Origin: Chloroflexota bacterium
Lineage (GTDB): Bacteria; Chloroflexota; UBA5177
Reading direction: 5' to 3'
NCBI GenBank assembly: GCA_035295425.1
Contig: DATGJB010000003.1
Coordinates: 213 to 64,212 of the forward strand
DNA length: 64,000 bases
Position 1 is the stretch's first letter. The number at the start of each line of letters is the position of its first letter. The notes under the pieces are model-generated. The model was not told the DNA's origin, made no database searches, and saw only the letters and a program-made list of their open reading frames with translations. Positions 59,316 through 64,000 of this stretch are shown one piece after another. The position numbers and the translations under genes were made by a program.

Positions 59316-60296
59316 CTACCCGCGGTACGTCTCCGGATTGAGCAATGTCGGTGGACGGGCGCCGTCCAGTGCGGCGATGACGTTCTCGGCTGCCATGGTT
59401 GCCATGCGGGTGCGGGTGGCCACCGACGCCGAGGCGATATGCGGCGTTAGAACCGCGTTTTCGCACTCGAGCAGGCCCGGATCGACAGCCGGCTCATTCT
59501 CGTACACGTCAAGCCCCGCTGCCGCGATCGTGCCTGACTTCAACGCGGCAGCCAGCGCCGCCTCATCGACGACAGGTCCCCGCGAGGTGTTGACCAGCAC
59601 GGCGTCGCGCTTCATGGCGGAGAGCTGCTCGGCCCCAATTAGGTGATGCGTCTCCTCGGTGAGCGGGGTGTGCACGGAGACGAAATCGCTCTCGCGCAGC
59701 AGTGTATCGAGGTCGACCCGGCGGGCACCCACACTCGCGGCGAAATCATCGGCCTGAATCACCGGATCGTAGTAGAGGATGTGCATCCTGAAACCGGCGG
59801 CACGCCAGGCGACTGCCTGACCGATGCGGCCGAACCCCACGATGCCCAGCGTCCGTTCGTACACATCCTGTCCCAGCAGCATCATGATTCCCCAGCCGTG
59901 GTAGCGGCCCGCTCGGAGGAACCGATCGCCTTCAGGTATCCGGCGCGCGGTCGCCATCAGCAGCGCCCAGGCGAAGTCGGCGGTCGTTTCGGTGAGGACA
60001 CCCGGCGTGTTTGTGACCATGACTCCGCACTCGGTGGCGGCCGGAACGTCGATATTGTCGTAACCGACCGCGACGTTCGCCACGATCTTGAGCGTACCGC
60101 GGCCCGCCTCGAGCACCGCTCGGTCGATTCGGTCGGTAAGGAGCGTTACGAGCGCGTCTTGTAAGGAGGCCTTCTCCCGCAGCTGGTCGGCGGTGAGCGG
60201 TTGGTCTGACTCATTCACCTCGACCGATGCGTTGTCGCGCAACAGGTCGATGCCGGGTTGTGGAATGACTCGCGTGACGTACACGTTTCTCGCCAT
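59316..60296 (-). CDS. D-isomer-specific 2-hydroxyacid dehydrogenase (glyoxylate/hydroxypyruvate reductase-like)
   Basis: GIVGFGRIGQAVA NAD fold and catalytic R/E/H arrangement (VNTSRG, ...TPHIASAS). Confidence 0.85.
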   Translation of the reverse strand: MARNVYVTRVIPQPGIDLLRDNASVEVNESDQPLTADQLREKASLQDALVTLLTDRIDRAVLEAGRGTLKIVANVAVGYDNIDVPAATECGVMVTNTPGVLTETTADFAWALLMATARRIPEGDRFLRAGRYHGWGIMMLLGQDVYERTLGIVGFGRIGQAVAWRAAGFRMHILYYDPVIQADDFAASVGARRVDLDTLLRESDFVSVHTPLTEETHHLIGAEQLSAMKRDAVLVNTSRGPVVDEAALAAALKSGTIAAAGLDVYENEPAVDPGLLECENAVLTPHIASASVATRTRMATMAAENVIAALDGARPPTLLNPETYRG

Positions 60297-60381
60297 GCCG
60301 ATCCTCCTTCACCTCGTACCCCTGCCATCTTATGACGCCCGGCTAGACTCTCCCCGCATCGCCGGGTCATAATGCTCAGAC

Positions 60382-62838
60382 ATGGCATCCCGAGCAATGC
60401 GGCGGCGCTCCACCTTCCGCGCTCTCAACGGCCACAAGAAGGAGAAACCGCGTCCGCTTCTCCGGTTTGTCCTGGTGATGGTCGTGGCGTTCACCATGCT
60501 GACTTCCGGGGCAAGTGCGGCGACGCTGTTCTTCTATGGCGAAAGCCTGCCGTCCCTGACCGACTTCAAGAACCACATGCAGTTTCAGGATGTCATCATC
60601 AAGGACAGCGGCGGACGGGTCCTCTACGACATGGCCGATCTATCGCAGAAGGACCGTGGCCGCCGTGTCGTCGAACCGCTCGTTGCTCCCGGGCATAGCT
60701 GGCAGTACTACCGGACGCACTCCCAGTACTGGCTCACCGGTCCGCGCGGGCAAGGAATCCCTGTGGCTCTCCAGAACGCGACAGTTGCCACAGAGGATGC
60801 CACCTTTTATGACAATCCCGGGTTCGATCCGCTGAGTATCATTCGCGCCGGCTACGACGATCTACGCACCGGTCATGTGGTTTCGGGCGCCAGCACGATC
60901 ACCCAGCAGCTTATCCGGAAGTACCTCCTCAGTCCGGATCCGACCATGACGCGGAAGGTTGAGGAGATCGTCCTGGCCTGGGAGCTGACGCAGAAGTACC
61001 CGAAGTCCAAGATTCTCTGGTACTACCTCAACAGCATCCCGTACGGAAACCTGGCCATCGGCGCGGAAGCTGCGGCTGAGACCTATTTCAACAAACATGT
61101 GTGGCAGCTCGACGCCGCCCAGTGCGCGTTTCTGGCCGGGCTCCCGGAAGCGCCGTCCACCTACGATCCTGTGAACAATCTGCCTGCGGCGCTGAACCGT
61201 ATGCGGTACGTCCTGCACTTGATGTATGTCCATGGCTATCTCGTCGACGCCTCCGGTCAACCCGATCCGTCATTGATTACCCAGTACATGACCGAGGCGA
61301 CGAAGCAGTGGCCCAGGTTCAAGCCGCCAGTCGGCTCGGGTATGCGTTTCCCGCATTTCGTTCAGTTTGCCGTGTCACAGCTGCAGGAGCTCGAGAAGCA
61401 GGACCCGAGCCTGAACAAGTACGCCGGGGACGGCCTTGACGTCGTGACCACCATCAACCTGACGCTTCAACAGCAGGCACAGGCGGTCGTCTCGAGTCAG
61501 ATCGCCAGTCTCGCAGGCCAGAACGTCACGGACGGTGCGTTAGTGTCGCTGGATATTCGCCCCGGCTGTTACGGTTGCGTCCTCGCTATGGTCGGGAGCG
61601 CGGACTACAACGCACCGGGCGGACAGATCAACATGGCCGACACGCCGCGCCAGCCAGGTTCTTCGTTCAAGCCGTTCAACTACATACGGGCATTTCAGAA
61701 CGGAGCCGGGCCGGCTACCCTGGTCGACGATGCCCCCCTCGCCATTCCGGATCAGGGCAACCCGGCGGACGGTGGGTGGTACCAGCCGACCGACTACGAC
61801 GGAAGCTACCACGGGGTGGTGAGTCTCCGTGTCGCTCTCGACAACTCGCTGAACGTTCCGGCAGTGAAGGTGGAGCAGTTCAACGTGCAACAGGAAGGTA
61901 CGTCGGTTCGACAGACTGTCGGCGCCGAGGCGGTCAAGCTTGGGGTCACCAGCCTGTTCGCCGACAATCCCAGCTGCTGCGGCTGGTCTCTCACACTGGG
62001 AGGGCTGGAGAGAGGCGTTCGGCTCGTCGAGGAGACGGCGGCGTACGGCGCCTTTGCGACCGGTGGCAATTACGTTCAGCCGTGGTCGATCCTTCGCATC
62101 CGCGATCGCGCCACCGGAAGCATTCTGTGGGATCTGACGAAGGTCGCAAACATGCACGATCAGGTAATCGACCCGGCGTACGCATACGTGATGAACAACG
62201 TCCTCTCCGACGACAGCTCCCGTTGCACCCCGCAGGTCTGCGAATTCGGAACGCACAGCTTCCTCTATCTGGGGAGGCCGGCGGGGGCCAAGACTGGCAC
62301 CACGAACAGCTACACCGACAACTGGACGGTAGGCTACACACCGCAGATCGTTACCGGCGTGTGGGTGGGGAATGCGAACAATAGTCCCATGATTAATTCA
62401 ACCGGTATCACCGGTGCGGCCCCGATCTGGAACCAGTTCATGCAGCAGGCCATCGCGACGCTCAACTTGCCACCGGTTCCGTTCAATCAACCGCCTCGCG
62501 TGTACTCGGGCTCGACCTGCCGACAGCCAGGTCAGTACGGTTACTCGCTGTCGTCGATCAGCTACGACATCTACGCCGGCGGGGTGCCTCCCATTTGCTC
62601 GATCGGCACCTACACCGCTTCCGCTCCGGTCCCGCAACAGCAAACGCCCTACCAACAGCCTCCCGCTGTGAACCCCACTGCGGTACCGGTTGCCCCAACG
62701 GCGGTACCGGCGCCGGTCGCGCCCGCTCCGACCGTGGCACAGCCGCCCCCTGCCCCGGCGCCTACCGTGGCGGCCCCGCCGCCGGTGCAGGCAGCGCCCA
62801 CCGCTCAGGCGCCTCCTGTGACCCAATCCACGCCGTAG
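60382..62838 (+). CDS. class A penicillin-binding protein (GT51 transglycosylase + transpeptidase) with Pro/Ala-rich C-terminal tail
   Basis: N-terminal TM. GT51 motifs (EDATFYDNPGFD, GASTITQQL). Transpeptidase SxxK/SxN/KTG (SSFKP, SLN, KTGT). The last ~75 aa are low-complexity P/A/V/T/Q repeats. Confidence 0.85.
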   Translation: MASRAMRRRSTFRALNGHKKEKPRPLLRFVLVMVVAFTMLTSGASAATLFFYGESLPSLTDFKNHMQFQDVIIKDSGGRVLYDMADLSQKDRGRRVVEPLVAPGHSWQYYRTHSQYWLTGPRGQGIPVALQNATVATEDATFYDNPGFDPLSIIRAGYDDLRTGHVVSGASTITQQLIRKYLLSPDPTMTRKVEEIVLAWELTQKYPKSKILWYYLNSIPYGNLAIGAEAAAETYFNKHVWQLDAAQCAFLAGLPEAPSTYDPVNNLPAALNRMRYVLHLMYVHGYLVDASGQPDPSLITQYMTEATKQWPRFKPPVGSGMRFPHFVQFAVSQLQELEKQDPSLNKYAGDGLDVVTTINLTLQQQAQAVVSSQIASLAGQNVTDGALVSLDIRPGCYGCVLAMVGSADYNAPGGQINMADTPRQPGSSFKPFNYIRAFQNGAGPATLVDDAPLAIPDQGNPADGGWYQPTDYDGSYHGVVSLRVALDNSLNVPAVKVEQFNVQQEGTSVRQTVGAEAVKLGVTSLFADNPSCCGWSLTLGGLERGVRLVEETAAYGAFATGGNYVQPWSILRIRDRATGSILWDLTKVANMHDQVIDPAYAYVMNNVLSDDSSRCTPQVCEFGTHSFLYLGRPAGAKTGTTNSYTDNWTVGYTPQIVTGVWVGNANNSPMINSTGITGAAPIWNQFMQQAIATLNLPPVPFNQPPRVYSGSTCRQPGQYGYSLSSISYDIYAGGVPPICSIGTYTASAPVPQQQTPYQQPPAVNPTAVPVAPTAVPAPVAPAPTVAQPPPAPAPTVAAPPPVQAAPTAQAPPVTQSTP

Positions 62839-62858
62839 TCGAGCAGCGCCGGACGGCG

Positions 62859-63578
62859 CTATGCTCCCAGCTCGAGCCGAGAGGCGAGTGCCGCCGGTAG
62901 ACCGGCAGCAAGTATCTTTTGCTGCGTGCCGGCGATGTCGTACGGCACGCGCCGGAATGCGAAACCACCAGTTTCTGCGTCGAAGATGCCGTAGGCGGCG
63001 CGCGGGTCGTGGTCGCGGGGCTGGCCCACCCCGCCGGGGTTCACGATCCGGCGCGGCGGGGCATGCAGGGCAAGTGACTCGCCCGGGCGGGGAATCCGCA
63101 CGCCACTGGGTTCCTCGAAGACGCGGGGTATATGCGTGTGCCCGACAAAGCACGTGCGCTGTTTGAACCGCGCGAAATTGGGCGGCCCCTGCCCTGGCGA
63201 CTCCATGTACTCCCACACCGGGTCGCGGGGGCTGGCGTGCGCCAGGTAGATCTCGCCCTGGCTCAGCGCCGGTTTCAGGCCGCTGAGGAACGACCGAGAC
63301 TCGTCCGTCAGTTGCTCCCCGGTCCAGAGTGCGGCCGCTCGGGCCACGTCGTTGAAGTCGGCACTGTCGATCAAACCCAGTGCAGCGAGATCGTGATTGC
63401 CGACCAGCGCAGTCAGCCCGGGAAGCCGGCGCACCAGGTCCACACATTCATTGGGGTTCGGCCCGTAGCCCACCAGGTCACCAAGAAAGAGCACAGCCTC
63501 ATGGTCTGGGGCCGCTTCGAGGACGGCCTCCAGTGCCTCGAGGTTGGCGTGGACGTCGCTGATGACCAGATGGCGCAC
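62859..63578 (-). CDS. metallophosphoesterase (calcineurin-like)
   Basis: ISDVHAN, LGDLVGYGP, and GNHD motifs. Confidence 0.8.
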   Translation of the reverse strand: MRHLVISDVHANLEALEAVLEAAPDHEAVLFLGDLVGYGPNPNECVDLVRRLPGLTALVGNHDLAALGLIDSADFNDVARAAALWTGEQLTDESRSFLSGLKPALSQGEIYLAHASPRDPVWEYMESPGQGPPNFARFKQRTCFVGHTHIPRVFEEPSGVRIPRPGESLALHAPPRRIVNPGGVGQPRDHDPRAAYGIFDAETGGFAFRRVPYDIAGTQQKILAAGLPAALASRLELGA

Positions 63579-63665
63579 GGATGAGGTACCTCACGGGGGA
63601 TCGCACCCGTCGCCCCAGGCGTTTGCCGTTTTGCGGGCTTGTTCGACGGGTGCAAGACTATCGGT

Positions 63666-63765
63666 GGGAGTGCGGCTTCTCCGGTGAGGGGCGCGGTCTT
63701 CAAAACCGTCGTGGGGGCGCGCTACTGCGTTCCCAGGTGGGTTCGACTCCCATGCACTCCCGCCA
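63666..63765 (+). tRNA. selC: selenocysteine tRNA (tRNA-Sec, anticodon UCA)
   Basis: Hand-folded, ~100 nt. 8-bp acceptor stem GGGAGTGC/GCACTCCC, then discriminator G and an encoded CCA. D-arm CUUCUC-CGGU-GAGGGG (6 bp, 4-nt loop). Anticodon arm GCGGU-CUUCAAA-ACCGU with U33-UCA-A37. Long variable arm (~22 nt). 5-bp T stem GUGGG-UUCGACU-CCCAU (8/5 bacterial Sec geometry). The blocks CUCCGGUGAGG, CUUCAAA and GGUUCGACUCC match E. coli selC. Confidence 0.8.
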
Positions 63766-64000
63766 AATTTTCCGCATGTACAAGCCAATGTTAGCTGGTC
63801 CCACTCGGCCGGCTGACACGGCCTGCCGGCGCACGTCGCTGTTCGAACCTCGAGATATACCAACCCGTATACCTACCGGCGTCACCGGGCCACCGATGCC
63901 TGACACGTCTTGACTCCAAGACTCTCGCGCCTTCCCTTCAGCCAACCGGCGAGATACTCGGCCACCTTCGGGCACGTCAAGAGAACGGGCCACGACATCG

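Noticed and set aside
63700-63993. 97-aa minus-strand ORF and short plus ORFs at the right edge
   Set aside because: They overlap the tRNA-Sec gene and have no RBS or coding features. Treated as non-coding.
1-64000. CRISPR arrays, IS elements, integrases, toxin-antitoxin or restriction-modification/defence islands
   Set aside because: No direct-repeat/spacer periodicity, no transposase/integrase-like ORFs, and no abrupt low-GC island were seen anywhere in the window. The accessory-looking regions are the rSAM/GT/MFS cassette and the orphan SDMH cluster instead.

Overview
High-GC (~65-70%) bacterial chromosomal window of mostly core genes. Two features stand out: the replication initiator gene dnaA with a candidate oriC directly downstream, and a selenocysteine tRNA (selC) at the right edge.

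Left to right, the window holds:
- the 5' part of urocanase (hutU, minus strand), running off the left edge;
- a complete 14-gene NADH:quinone oxidoreductase operon nuoA-nuoN (2.5-16.5 kb, plus strand, translationally coupled), with a FixC-like ETF-quinone oxidoreductase flavoprotein appended 12 nt after nuoN;
- a minus-strand cassette of a radical-SAM/SPASM-like enzyme, a GT4 glycosyltransferase and an MFS transporter, coupled by GTGA overlaps, preceded by a perfect 12-bp hairpin;
- an inositol monophosphatase-family gene, an LCP-family protein fused to a TolB-like beta-propeller, a GNAT acetyltransferase, a DUF62 SAM hydroxide adenosyltransferase-family gene, a small lipoprotein and homoserine dehydrogenase;
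- one minus-strand operon of a polar-amino-acid ABC transporter, moaD and moaE;
- purH, mdh, a second GT4 and lspA-rluD;
- dnaA (TTG start), followed by a cluster of three DnaA-box-like 9-mers, a hypothetical protein, and then a convergent ileS and alaX;
- an orphan selenium-dependent molybdenum hydroxylase maturation cluster (yqeC, xdhC, yqeB, plus an extra XdhC N-domain gene) with no hydroxylase gene adjacent;
- purA, a stand-alone EF-G paralog, DUF72-queG, pepA-kbl-tdh, an aminotransferase, a 2-hydroxyacid dehydrogenase, a class A PBP with a Pro/Ala-rich tail and a metallophosphoesterase;
- the ~100-nt tRNA-Sec (anticodon UCA), found by hand and absent from the ORF track.

No CRISPR array, IS element or prophage signature was seen. 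Many long antisense ORFs in the track are high-GC artefacts. All similarity statements are from reading motifs by eye; no database search was possible.
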